A DNA stretch of 64,000 nucleotides from Rhina ancylostomus. Taxonomy: Eukaryota. The notes under the pieces are model-generated. The model saw only the letters and a list, made by a program, of their open reading frames with translations. It did not search any database and had not been told where the DNA came from. The DNA is taken from NCBI GenBank assembly GCA_030265395.1, contig JARFYF010000057.1:16508878-16572877 (forward strand), given 5' to 3'. How positions within the stretch are numbered: position 1 is the first letter of the stretch; each line of letters starts with the position of its first letter. Below are positions 50,201 through 60,058 of this stretch, piece by piece. The position numbers and the translations under genes were made by a program.

Positions 50201-53200
50201 TACGAGTCATAACACACAAGTCATGACCAGTACCACAAGATTATAGAGAAATTGAGGTTCAGGGTGTACTTGCAGTTTACTAACAGCAAAGNNNNNNNNN
50301 NTGTTTTGTATGGTTTTGTTCAGGCAGATTTAAAATGCTGAGGGATCCTAGGGAAGTAATTGATTTGATAATTAAATTAACGGTCTTCATTTATCAGAAT
50401 GGACATGGGAGTTCTAGAGCATTTTACTCTAGAAGAGTACAGATTCAAAAAAATATGATTTATGAAAGGACTAAACTTGCTTTGACTGGATAAGACTATC
50501 AAGTGAGCAGATTCGAGGTAGCATGATTGTTGCCTGGATAAAATCCCATGATTACTACGTTTAAGAGCCCATGCCCTGCAGAATAAGTTGCCTGCACATA
50601 ATAAATGCTGACGTCTCATTCCTGAGGGTGGCCAGTGGCTAAGCACTGTGGATATGTAGACTGGGACTTGTCTGATTCCCTTTGATGTTGAAGAAGGATT
50701 TCTAGGACATTTCCTTCAGTCTGTTTTTGAACAAAAAAAAGTGCTAGAGGGAAGTGTGGCTATGTAAGAAAGGTACAGATAAAGCATGGAAGTTATCCAA
50801 GCTGGTTAAAGGACTGATGCGATGGGACAGTGAACTTCACCTCCCTAGTGTGCTACTGAGATGTAGGAAGAACTGAGGTCAAAAACCATATACTTCATTA
50901 CATCAACAAAAGAGGCCCAACTATGATTTAAAAATTAAACAGACAACAGCTATGAAAACAGAAAGAATTAATAATGAAACAAAACAGAGAAAAGAGCTCT
51001 TATCAGAGCATCAGGTCACTGCCCTGAAACATCAACACCCTATCTTTAAAAGTGCTGCCCAGCCTGTAGGATATTTCCCGCAATTTGTTTCTATTTCATC
51101 CCTAAGTTTCTAGCATCCCTATTATTTTGCTTTTGTGAGGAACTCACCTTGTAGGGTTGTGCTCTGTGGACTTCCTGTATGTTTCTGCTGGGAATCTCTT
51201 AGCTGAGAAAACAAGGTTACATGAAATGTTAATATACACACTGGGTTCTAAGACTTTACTCTGTTGGGTCAATGGATTACTGTATTTGTCAATTATTCTA
51301 AAACATCATCATGATAATGCAGACTAGTAAATGTTCTTTGTAAGAACATGTTTTTTTCTGTAGGAAAATAGCACATGGTTTCAGAAGTTATTATGTGGGT
51401 TTATGGGCATTATTCGATATTTACCAATAATCTCCATGAGTGTCCTTGGGATCGCTGGAAGTATGTCAATATTGCCCTGAAGTATGTCAACATTTACTTG
51501 GGGTATGTGTCAATATTTATAGGGAACTATAGGTCTGTTCCTCACAGTGTAGTTTTAAAATATGATCACATTTTTTTAAAAGCACGAAGGGTTCTAATAG
51601 AGTGAATAATGAAAAAGACTGCTCTCTGTTGTCAGGGATGAAAAGTCATTAACAAAGTATTCTTGCAAAATTGCAAAGTGGAAGCATGGAATGCTTTGCT
51701 TCTGGCCACAGTTGAGGGAGAGATCACTGCATCTTTTAAAGCAAATATCTGAACCTGAAAAAACACAAGTACAAAGAGAGCTAGATTACTTTTGGATTAC
51801 TCATACAGAAAAGATAAGGACTCCTCACTAGCACAAGGAGTGCCCAGCACCCTCGGGCTTAGACTCCGGGCCATCCCAGTAGTGCTGCGCCTGGCCTTCG
51901 GGCACCTGAGGCTTTGGTTTCTGTATATACAGCTGGCATTAGCATTGTGTCAATTGGCCTCCTATATTATAAACTGTTATGGCCTCCTATATTATAAACT
52001 GTTATGCTAAATTATCAATGGAAAGATTGATGGACCCTTTCGTCAGAAAACATACTTCATTGCACATCATTTCAATGGGTTCACAAGTCTATAATATCAT
52101 CATGTCACCAGGAACACAGGGCAAGTAAATCTAGAAAATTACTTTACAGTTGGTGTGCACACCCAAACGTTATCTTTTCCCAAAGAACTGCAGTTTATAA
52201 TATATACACAGCTGTCTATACACTGGACACTGTCTACAAGCAAAGGCACCAACTTTGTGATAAACATCTTAACTATAATTCCAGGTCTATACTTGAGGTT
52301 GTTAATCTCAAACAGAGTTTTGATTGCTACAACTTGTTTAAATGCCTCTGGTCTAAGCGAGAGAGAGAGAGAGAGAGAGAATTACACACAGATCTTGCAT
52401 TTGTGCAGTTCAAAAGTGGGAAATGCCAACACTGTGATGCACACCAGAGTGGAACATCCCATACCTTGCTAATTTGGTAAGTCTTTTCAATAATAGGAGT
52501 AACTACAGACTTTCTTTACACCCACCACCCCACTGTGGAATCAAACACTAGTATGGGTCAACCTCAGATAATAAATTTTAAAACTTTGCTGCTCTTCTGG
52601 AAACCATAAATTATGATAGATTTCTCTGTAAAATACTTGTTCAATTGACCTGAAGACATCTAAATTACTTACTCTCCAGATAGCCACCACCCTCTTAAGT
52701 GAACTCATGTACGACCAAGGGGAATAAAATCACCACTTCCTTCCAATTTTAGTGAGTCCTCAACAAAAAAAAAGTCACACAGTAGTCTGCATGAGCTGCT
52801 AGACTTCAAGGCTGGTCCTGGAACAGACCGATATTGCACTGTTGGAAGTGGAGATGAGGGACAAACTGCATAACTGAGCTTAACTTCACATTAAACCCAC
52901 AGCAGAGTCTGATTTGGAAGTGACTATTACTATATTGATGAGGATAACAAAACTGATCCAGCTGATTTGGCTCGAGTTGGATGGGAACCTGTATTGCACC
53001 CTGGTAGCCGCTCACTCTTTCAGCACAATTCTGAACAGTTAATCTTTTCAACATTAACAGACTTCAATCTAAAGCACCAGCCGTGTGTGTGTCTGTGGGT
53101 GTGTATATTTATCCGTGTATNNNNNNNNNNNNNNNNNNNNNNNNNNNNNNNNNNNNNNNNNNNNNNNNNNNNNNNNNNNNNNNNNNNNNNNNNNNNNNNN

Positions 53201-55758
53201 NNNNNNNNNNNNNNNNNNNNNNNNNNNNNNNNNNNNNNNNNNNNNNNNNNNNNNNNNNNNNNNNNNNNNNNNNNNNNNNNNNNNNNNNNNNNNNNNNNNN
53301 NNNNNNNNNNNNNNNNNNNNNNNNNNNNNNNNNNNNNNNNNNNNNNNNNNNNNNNNNNNNNNNNNNNNNNNNNNNNNNNNNNNNNNNNNNNNNNNNNNNN
53401 NNNNNNNNNNNNNNNNNNNNNNNNNNNNNNNNNNNNNNNNNNNNNNNNNNNNNNNNNNNNNNNNNNNNNNNNNNNNNNNNNNNNNNNNNNNNNNNNNNNN
53501 NNNNNNNNNNNNNNNNNNNNNNNNNNNNNNNNNNNNNNNNNNNNNNNNNNNNNNNNNNNNNNNNNNNNNNNNNNNNNNNNNNCTGTTAAGGACAGTAACA
53601 CTCTTGCAACATGTCCTAGGGATATGTGTGGTCACTAAACTGTAGGTTCAATTTAACTCAGTTCAGAGCAATGGAGGTCAGACAAGTGCAGTGTTGGGAG
53701 TATTCCAATTTTCAAAGTATGGACTTCATTGACATTCACAATGACACCAAGAGCAAGCATAGTCCAATTTGGATTACCCCTCAAAATGCAAACTGCAACA
53801 AAAAAACACCATAAACCCCATTTTTGAAACTGATAGAATTGAGCAATAGGACATCAGCCTCATTTTATAGAAGTATGCCTTCCTGTAAAGTATTTCACAA
53901 AAAGATTAGACAGTAAAGACACAGGAAATGGACAATTAATGCATAAATCTTTTTCTGAAACATTACTATATAAATGAATTTCTGCCACTATAAATGGAGA
54001 CAGAAGTTGGAACTTGAGCTTTCTTTTCAAATTATTCATTTTTTATGATCTGTGTCACTAGTGTGGCCAGCATTCATTGTCAACCCCCAACTGCCTTTGA
54101 GAAAGTGGTAGCAAGCAGACTTCCTGAACTGCTGCAGTCCTCTTAAAGATTTTCCAACAGTGCTGTTGGGTGGGGAATTCTAACAGTTAGACCCAATCAC
54201 GATGAAGCAGTGATACACTTCCAAATCTGGATGATGTGCAACTTTTAAGGGAACATGCAGCTGGTGTTCCCTTGCCCTCTTTGGTGCTAGAGATGACAAG
54301 TTTGGGTAATGCTGTCAGAGTAGCCAAATTCTTTGTAAATGGCACACATTGCAGCCACTGTGCCAGCAATGAAGGGGATGAAGATTTAGTGTATGCCATC
54401 GAGGTAGGCTCCTTCACCCTGGATGCTGTTGAGTTCGAGCTTTGTTGGAGCTGCACTCTTCCAAGCTAGGACTTACTGCATGCAGACAGACTGCTTCATT
54501 TGCTGATTAGTTGTCATATGGTGCAACTCATATCTATTCTCTCCATGTTCCCATTAACTTTACCACTCACCTACACTATTTACAGAGGGCAATTAACCTA
54601 CAGACTGCTTGTCTTTGGGATGTGGGAGGAATTCAAAGCACATGGGGGAATAATCCTATGTGGTCACCAGGGTTCATTGATGCCACACTTGGTAAAATAC
54701 TTTGATGTCAAGGACAGTCACTCTCACCTCACCTTTGTGAAATACAGCTGCATTCATGCTTACTTCAATTTTCATAATATAGCATATACTTATATTAGGA
54801 TCTGTTAAAGTGATGCCAGAAATTTAATCAACTGTGTTCATTCTTTCAAGTGATGGAATACAGATTTATCACTGGATAAAATTCAGTACTGACTGCATGG
54901 GTCAGTCAAAACATTGTGCTGGGGCGCTGGTCATTGATTGCAGCAGTAGCAAGTGAAAGGAAAGAAAAATATATCCCAGAACACTATTTGCATTAATAAG
55001 ACTTTTGTTATGGAGCACTGGCACTAGTTTTACATTGACTTGTGGCCAAGGTCCACAGTGCACAAACCAAAGATGAGAAGCAATAAGGTGAAGCCGCAAT
55101 AAAATCAAGAGGCAGCATAAATTGTAGGTTGGAAAGCACGTAGAGTTCAGAGGGAGTGAAACCAGGGAGAGAAACCCAGGAAGGCAGGATCAGAGAGAGA
55201 GGAAGGGAGTGCTGGAAGGAGGAAGGGGAAGATCATAATGGAGGAAGGTGGGGAGAAGAAGAGCTCCATAATAAAAGGCTTAGGGAAAAAACAATAGTGC
55301 AGCAAGTAATGATGCAATCTAGTGCACGACATGAACCAACTAAAGCATGCTGACAACCTGCAGAGGACAGTGGTAAACCTCCTGCTAATTGTCCAACTTG
55401 AGAGTACTCCAGATTCTTGCTAGTTGTCATATAGGGCCTGCATTTGTTCTGCACTGAGCTAGGCTGCCTTCTCAATCACATCATCACTCTGGGTATGTGA
55501 ATATGTCTATCTCAACAATCAGTCTGCTACTGCACACTATTTTAATCTCCCAAAACTACGCTTGACCTTGAAACCAATTCAACAAAGAATTTCCCTCCCC
55601 AAAAGAGAAATTATTAAATAATACAAGAACTAAATACATCATAATAACAAGATAAACACCATCTGCACAAAACACAGGGGAAACACTCACCTTGCTCTTG
55701 GAAGTACTGCATTCAGCTAGAAGATTCCTGCAGTTTTTGTGTACATTCACAGCACAGT
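17124..55758 (-). CDS. ARHGEF18: Rho guanine nucleotide exchange factor 18 (p114RhoGEF)-like gene, 5'-incomplete, 21 coding exons in window
   Basis: Hand-spliced exons join in frame (3359 nt). DH ([16 protein letters not shown]...[32 protein letters not shown]), PH ([18 protein letters not shown]), [12 protein letters not shown], coiled coil and C-terminal IIFF* fit ARHGEF18 better than AKAP13, ARHGEF28 or ARHGEF2 as I recall them. Confidence 0.9.
18865..18990 (-). CDS. ARHGEF18: ARHGEF18 exon ([42 protein letters not shown])
   Basis: ctgcttcaag acceptor, AAG|gtgagg donor, 126 nt, phase 1 to 1; RRSxSP motif. Confidence 0.78.
19872..20274 (-). CDS. ARHGEF18: ARHGEF18 exon ([13 protein letters not shown]...[11 protein letters not shown]...[10 protein letters not shown]...VPLA)
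   Basis: ccttag acceptor, CAG|gtacac donor, 403 nt, in frame with ORF 19855..20226; VQQxIPxKLA motif. Confidence 0.87.
21699..21717 (-). promoter_or_regulatory. Candidate CTCF binding site (AGTCCACCAGAGGGCAGTA)
   Basis: Near-consensus CCASYAGRKGGCRS core in non-repetitive intron sequence. Confidence 0.55.
22429..22715 (-). mobile_element. CR1 ORF2 APE-endonuclease fragment (runs into an N-gap)
   Basis: ORF 22294..22689: [28 protein letters not shown]...[21 protein letters not shown]. Confidence 0.9.
22716..22924 (+). mobile_element. Inverted CR1 ORF1-end/ORF2-start fragment
   Basis: gggagggtttaaac...ggcaggaggatgggaacc, then [17 protein letters not shown], the N-terminus of CR1 endonuclease. 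Confidence 0.75.
23080..23277 (+). mobile_element. RTE-clade LINE 3' fragment
   Basis: LKFCNIPT...[21 protein letters not shown] resembles the post-RT region of RTE elements. Confidence 0.55.
24505..25320 (-). mobile_element. Decayed CR1 LINE 3' fragment
   Basis: Same tail and body as 1745-2600 (aagaaaataggaacaagaggaggc...ggcagagaattccacagat). Confidence 0.7.
26187..26663 (-). CDS. ARHGEF18: ARHGEF18 exon, coiled coil ([14 protein letters not shown]...[16 protein letters not shown]...[13 protein letters not shown]...EVGQ)
   Basis: ORF 26046..26660; ccttcag acceptor, CAG|gtaaag donor, 477 nt. Confidence 0.95.
27537..27678 (+). mobile_element. 3' half of the SINE family seen at 4538-4788, inserted in a Penelope-derived repeat (about 27445-27710)
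   Basis: ttaggaagttgtgggcatgctatgttggtgcc...gtacatgtgacgaataaag closely matches the reverse complement of about 4540-4670. Confidence 0.85.
28365..28412 (-). CDS. ARHGEF18: ARHGEF18 exon ([16 protein letters not shown])
   Basis: poly-T ag acceptor, AAG|gtgagc donor, 48 nt; short amphipathic helix exon typical of Lbc GEFs. Confidence 0.88.
29071..29130 (-). CDS. ARHGEF18: ARHGEF18 exon ([20 protein letters not shown]), poly-Ser
   Basis: tatttcag acceptor, GAG|gtcagt donor, 60 nt, phase 0 to 0. Confidence 0.75.
30240..30373 (-). CDS. ARHGEF18: ARHGEF18 exon ([45 protein letters not shown])
   Basis: ttttcag acceptor, ATG|gtacag donor, 134 nt, phase 1 to 0, after a 95-nt intron. Confidence 0.85.
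30469..30609 (-). CDS. ARHGEF18: ARHGEF18 exon ([11 protein letters not shown]...[21 protein letters not shown])
   Basis: ccttccag acceptor, AAG|gtaatt donor, 141 nt; [10 protein letters not shown] Lbc-family motif. Confidence 0.93.
31466..31645 (-). CDS. ARHGEF18: ARHGEF18 exon ([21 protein letters not shown]...[11 protein letters not shown])
   Basis: cttctag acceptor, AAG|gtaagt donor, 180 nt; ORF 31437..31640. Confidence 0.9.
32944..33035 (-). CDS. ARHGEF18: ARHGEF18 exon ([31 protein letters not shown])
   Basis: tttgctcag acceptor, C|gtaaga donor, 92 nt, phase 2 to 1. Confidence 0.88.
34090..34790 (+). mobile_element. Decayed RTE-clade LINE fragment
   Basis: [19 protein letters not shown]-thumb motif and terminal xSKCSKDCH zinc-knuckle-like remnant. 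Confidence 0.6.
35609..35787 (-). CDS. ARHGEF18: ARHGEF18 exon, PH domain ([30 protein letters not shown]...[12 protein letters not shown])
   Basis: ttctcag acceptor, CAG|gtagtg donor, 179 nt, phase 0 to 2. Confidence 0.96.
36265..36341 (-). CDS. ARHGEF18: ARHGEF18 exon, PH domain ([26 protein letters not shown])
   Basis: ttctttag acceptor, GTG|gtaagt donor, 77 nt; LQEKDQKY motif. Confidence 0.96.
36655..36909 (-). CDS. ARHGEF18: ARHGEF18 exon, end of DH and start of PH ([18 protein letters not shown]...[17 protein letters not shown])
   Basis: ttcctaag acceptor, AAG|gtagaa donor, 255 nt; overlaps ORF 36590..36874. Confidence 0.95.
37741..37858 (-). CDS. ARHGEF18: ARHGEF18 exon, DH domain ([39 protein letters not shown])
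   Basis: ttttacag acceptor, AAG|gtatga donor, 118 nt; QRITKYP DH conserved region 3. Confidence 0.97.
37962..38087 (-). CDS. ARHGEF18: ARHGEF18 exon, DH domain ([42 protein letters not shown])
   Basis: cctcag acceptor, AAG|gtgcgt donor, 126 nt, phase 0 to 0. Confidence 0.96.
38680..39007 (+). mobile_element. Penelope-like element 3' UTR/pLTR with decayed hammerhead motif at 38874-38912
   Basis: CT-rich tract, then cagtc-CTGATGA-a-gggt-cccaa-accc-aaaatgtc-aactg, then gatgctgcctgacctgctgagttcctccagc; closely similar to 59640-60058. Confidence 0.8.
40043..40210. mobile_element. Fold-back (inverted-arm) Penelope-derived short element
   Basis: Left arm aaacagaaaatgctggaaacactc...tgtgga..gaaacagagtt pairs with right arm aactgtgttgctctccac...tgagtgtttccaacctattctgttt. 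Confidence 0.7.
40324..40577 (-). CDS. ARHGEF18: ARHGEF18 exon, DH domain ([16 protein letters not shown]...[11 protein letters not shown])
   Basis: ORF 40318..40587; ccaaag acceptor, CAG|gtgtga donor, 254 nt. Confidence 0.96.
41147..42360 (-). mobile_element. Decayed CR1 LINE fragment(s)
   Basis: ORF 41169..41363 [20 protein letters not shown]...FPLAGVPRT is the CR1 ORF2 C-terminus. Confidence 0.8.
42430..42740 (-). mobile_element. Deu-domain (SacSINE1/AmnSINE-like) SINE remnant
   Basis: Minus strand gtgttgctcaatgggtag...ggtttgaatttc...cagtgcaatactgagggaatgtcagaggtgc...cagatga; weaker copies near 7960, 25700, 33150, 35060 and 57850. Confidence 0.55.
43603..43743 (-). CDS. ARHGEF18: ARHGEF18 exon ([47 protein letters not shown]), start of DH region
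   Basis: gtttcag acceptor, G|gtaaga donor, 141 nt; EAESWS and KRQDVIYE Lbc-family motifs. Confidence 0.95.
44213..44328 (-). CDS. ARHGEF18: ARHGEF18 exon ([39 protein letters not shown])
   Basis: gatttag acceptor, AAG|gtagga donor, 116 nt, phase 2 to 1; resembles human ITGEMDE...ESIFVE. Confidence 0.82.
44876..45020 (-). CDS. ARHGEF18: ARHGEF18 exon ([48 protein letters not shown])
   Basis: gggcag acceptor, GG|gtttgt donor, 145 nt, phase 1 to 2; resembles the human segment EHPR...RNVGMTVS. Confidence 0.8.
46240..46856 (-). mobile_element. Penelope-like element 3' end: GIY-YIG endonuclease remnant plus pLTR
   Basis: From 46855 reads [28 protein letters not shown]...[12 protein letters not shown], then a frameshift, EEQH, CT-rich UTR, degenerate hammerhead (46301-46337) and gatgctgcttgatccactgagttcttccagc tail. 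Confidence 0.85.
47385..47710 (+). mobile_element. V-SINE/HE1-like SINE
   Basis: Same head, core and ttaggttaactgg..ctgtaaattacccc segment as the split copy at 4010-5330. Confidence 0.75.
48830..49590 (+). mobile_element. Old non-LTR retrotransposon 3' fragment, family not assigned
   Basis: Ends gcaataaatgctgaccttgctagc...ccaaaatgaataaa; related copies at about 9850-10240 (+), 31880-32480 (-), 33440-34090 (-) and 54030-54760 (-). Confidence 0.55.
51148..51202 (-). CDS. ARHGEF18: ARHGEF18 exon ([18 protein letters not shown])
   Basis: ttttctcag acceptor, AAG|gtgagt donor, 55 nt, phase 0 to 1, bridges the neighbouring exons in frame. Confidence 0.75.
51955..52006. repeat. Perfect 25-bp tandem duplication (tggcctcctatattataaactgtta x2)
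   Basis: Directly visible. Confidence 0.95.
52359..52380. repeat. (GA)11 microsatellite
   Basis: Directly visible. Confidence 0.95.
55691..55758 (-). CDS. ARHGEF18: ARHGEF18 exon, second half of C1 zinc finger ([23 protein letters not shown])
   Basis: tttctttgcag acceptor, AAG|gtgagt donor, 68 nt, phase 1 to 0; C-x4-H-x2-C-x7-C ligand spacing. Confidence 0.88.
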
Positions 55759-58700
55759 CTGCAAAGAAATACACAACTATCAAAAGAAATGAAATAAAAA
55801 CAGAAGATGTTGAAATTCTCAGCAGGTTAGGCACAATTAATGGAGAGAGAAACAGTTAACATTTGAGGCCAATGACCTTCTCACTTTCAATCACCTGATG
55901 CAATGACATTGATTTGAAATGACCACCTCCAGTGGCCTTTATTGACGATGGGTAAAACAGCATTTTTAAATAAAAACAATAAACCATTAAAACAGTTCAA
56001 GATCAAGCTGGAATGCACTGTCTCCTGGGTCAGGTAGAGGTCTCTGACATCACCATGAGGGAGGCCCAAATGGCAAGAGTCACAAGCAATTTTAAAGCAG
56101 GTAGAGGGGGAGAATCAGAGCTGAGGTTTATCCTTTCCATTATTGCATATACTGCACTGCCCTCCATCAGTCACTGGATAATCACTAACTGCAGGAACCT
56201 TGGTCTAATTTAACCCCACTTGTTACCCCACTATGTCTGCAAAATTGGCTGGATAAAACCAGGCTCCTTCTTGACTTTTTACTCACAACAGCTCTGCCAC
56301 ATAGCATATAGCCATCAAATGGATGAATTTTAAAAATGGAAAATAATTTTACACAAGCAATAAGACTATAATGCTCTATTAACATATCTGCACACATCTG
56401 GTTTCTTCATTTAAACTGCAGCAAGGAGCAACAGATAAATGTACAAAGCAACCATGACCTTGATTGATCCACATATTATGCACAAGTTACAGGCAAAGCA
56501 GAAATTAGACTGCACATCCTTATCAAAAAAATGTGCAGCTGGTGCTTGATTCAATCAAATTTGATTGTAAATTTCCAACAGACTGATATTACACAGAGAT
56601 CAAAGACACCGAGAATTAAATCTTTGAGCAATATTAATGGTGCAGCTACATTAAATATATCACCTCTTGAAAGCAGATGTGGAAACATCTCTGGCTGGTG
56701 ATATTGTTTATTAGGAAATCTTTGCCCTGTCCAGCTCACCACTTCCTTTGGGACTGTTGATGACTTTTAACCCTAGATTTCACTATAACCAATTCTTGAT
56801 GACTCCAAAAAAAAGAGCCTGAGAGTTGTCATAAAGATTGAACTTCATCTCCAAGGAGACATAATGAAATCCCAATCGTGTTATCTGAGAACAACATTTG
56901 TAATAAAGCATTCACTGGCCTCTGGAGAGCATCAAAAATAAAATTACTGTATTAACTTTTCTGCAATGATACCAATTGTCTGTTCAGTTACATACTTAAG
57001 TATTGCTCCAGCAAATAATCTCAGCTGACAACCTAGTACACAATGGAATAAGTGCAACATTATTGAAGGTACTGTCTTTTCAATACGATGAGGGTCTGAC
57101 ACACCTGTTCAGGTACATGCAAGAGACCTTGAGGTATACTTTAAAGAGAAGCTTCCTTTCTCAGTCACCTGACCAAAATTCATCTTTCAAACACTGATAG
57201 ACAGGTAATTCATTTCACTTATTATGGGATTTTGTGTGCCAGTTGACTATGGCTTCATTTCACACAAAATAATGACTGTACTTCAGAGGCAATTCAGAGA
57301 ATGTTAAGTGATAGGGAGGATGAGATGTATATAATTCCCTACTTCATCTGAGGAAAGTAAAAACTTGTACATTTTGAGTCTGTATAAAGCTAACTGATGT
57401 TGGCTTTCAATTAGATAGTTCACTGCTGATACACTGTGATCCAAAACTTTAACGAATCTTAGATCTGAAAATACCAAGCATCACCAAGACTAAAATACAG
57501 CAATGTTGAAGCAGTAAATGTTTGGTTAAATCAGTGGTGTTGTCAGCTTGGTCTCCTCATAGGAATTGTATTCCCAGCTTCCTCAACACAAGAGTTTTGC
57601 TTAATATGCCCAAACTCTGACCATCAGAAAATGCTGCAGGCCCACTTCCATTGAACTTTGCAAACATAGTCATCTTAAAAATAAATGGCTCGGTAAGAAT
57701 TAAGGTAGCATGGGAAATGTAATAGCCTAACATTGCATCAACAAACTTGAATTGTTTTCATTACATTTGCGCCATGGTTGGTCTGTGTGTTCAGAATCTA
57801 CCAACAGGATGAGAGAGAATGTGGTTACAAGGGATTCTGCTCATTGCTTATATAACTGCTCAGTTGGATAGGTTTGTGACAAAGCATTAGAAGGCTGTGA
57901 ATTCAAGCCCTGGTGACTACTTGAGCTCAAAACATAAGTTGACAGCCCAATGCAGTGATAAAAATAATGCTAATACTCAAATGATCAGTGCCTTGGATAT
58001 TATACTAAGTCTCCATGAGCAATACTAGTATTATTTAAATAAAACAGTCACATCTTTTCATGCTATCCTGACTAATACTTTTACAAACCAATTCTCTGTT
58101 AATAGGACATTACCTACAGATCTCCATCGACATGCTCTGGTAATATGTGAATTTCAAGTTGAAATATTTACACCACTTTTTTTTTTGAAAAGATGAAAAA
58201 AAGTTTTGAGAGAAAAAGTATTTGTCATATTTTCTAGCTCCAGGAAACTTAGCACCTTCTAAAGTTAGAAATAAAATACTCACAAACCAAATGGACGTGG
58301 CAGGAAGGGTGATTGATACATAGAGAACTGAACACAATTGTTTATACACAACAGTCAGTTCATTGCTCTGGTAATGCTGTCAGAGATACAATTATTCTAA
58401 TATTCAGTGTCAAATATCCTAAAATGGGAACACCATTTCAACACTTGCGGTGTGGGCTTTGCTGGTAAGGCAGACAATTGTTGCCCAAAAGCAGAGTCAT
58501 TTTTCAACTGCCTCCAACAACTGTTGGTTCTGGTATTAACTAACTTAGAAAAAGCATAATGTGTTGTGTGTAAAGGCAAACCATAGCAGACTGCTTACTT
58601 GAACTTAATCCACAACCCCCTCGTAATATCTACACTCTGACTGTTCTTCATGCTCAATTGATTGGCGAGATATCTAATGTTGAGATGTGCTAGACTGGAG

Positions 58701-59419
58701 CCAGTGTGGGGAGATGGGGGCAGCTAAACTTGTCTAAGATAGTAAACTACACAGAATACAAATGGGGTTTTAATTCCCAAGAACCAGGTTTAATTTTTGC
58801 AAACTGTCTCGGTCTAATTCACATCACCAACAGAACAGGCTGTTCATCAGAAGCCTCAACACCCAAAGGGAAACCAAAGCATACTGAGATACAACACTAT
58901 AACCAATAATACAAGTCCATGCCTTTCTTTCTTCTAGATTAAAACAGTGCTGGTCAGCCCCCCTTGTTCCACACTTAGTAAATGTGAATTCATCCAAAAT
59001 TTGGCAGCCAGAGTCCCAATTTGCACCCAGTTTTGTTCATTACTCATTTTTGTGCATGCTGATCTAAATTGATTAAGCAACACCCCAATGTTCACCTTTC
59101 ATCCTGTTTTCATGGTCCCTTTCTTCCTGTCTCTAATCACCTTGAATTCTGGCCTCTTGATCACCTTCAGAATGGGAGGCTGTCTGTTCAGGTCTCCAGA
59201 CCCTAAATTCAGGACTTCCAATTTAAATTGCACCATTCACCTCCCCCTCAATAGATGTTCTTGGATCAGATTTTGCTCTTTTCCATTTACACAGTAGGGG
59301 TGTTACTTACAAACATTTATCAACTTCCACTAAATTGGCCTTGAAGTTTTGGTCAGCTGCCATTAGCCTATCTGACTAATGGTTCAAGAAAGATTTAGCA
59401 CCTATAGCAATGAAGGAAT

Positions 59420-60058
59420 GATGTGGGGGGAGTGTGTGGGTGATTGGCAGATGGAGAGGGTGAAGAAGGGGAAAGAGACAGGGTGATGGGAGCTAGGTAG
59501 ATCAGGAGAGAGAAAAGGGACAAAGGGGGAGCTGTTACTGGAAGTTGGAGAATTCAATGGTCATATCACCAGGTGGCAGACTACCCAGGCAGAATACAAT
59601 AAAGAGTCTGTAATCCAGCGGATAATATCTTCTCCTGATCTACCACACACTCCTCACCTCCCCCATGACTCCCATCTGCCCTCCCCATCTTCCTCCCTCT
59701 ATTCCATATTCCACCTTCCTCTCCTATCAGGGACCATCATTTTTGGTCCTTTGTCACTTCCACCCTTCACCTCCCAGCTTCTAGCACTATTCCCACTCTC
59801 TCCTCCCACATCTGCCTATCACTTGCCCCCCTCACCCCCATCCAGATCTCTCTATCGCCTGCCAGCTCTTGATCCATCCTTTCCCTTCCCTCCACCCTTT
59901 TATGTTGGCCATCTCCCCTCTATCTTTCAGTCCAGTTGAAGGGTCTCAACCCAAAATGTCAACTGTCCATTTCCCTCCATAGATGCTGCCTGACCTGCTG
60001 AGTTCCTCCAGCTTTGTGTATTGCCCCAGAATCTAGCATCTGCAGTCTCTGGTGTCTC
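59420..60058. mobile_element. Divergently oriented Penelope-like fragments: minus-strand ORF end (59420-59597) and plus-strand pLTR (59630-60058)
   Basis: Minus strand VFCLGSLPPGDMTIEFSNFQ* is the GIY-YIG C-terminus; plus strand has a CT-rich tract and cagtc-CAGTTGA-agggt-ctca-accc-aaaatgtc-aactg (59928-59965). Confidence 0.8.

Noticed and set aside
50600-50720. Strong-looking minus-strand acceptor near 50720
   Set aside because: Immediate stop codon in the required phase.
52967-53645. Long ORFs spanning 53.0-53.6 kb (also 9537-9965 and 22154-22514)
   Set aside because: Artefacts of translating through N-gaps.
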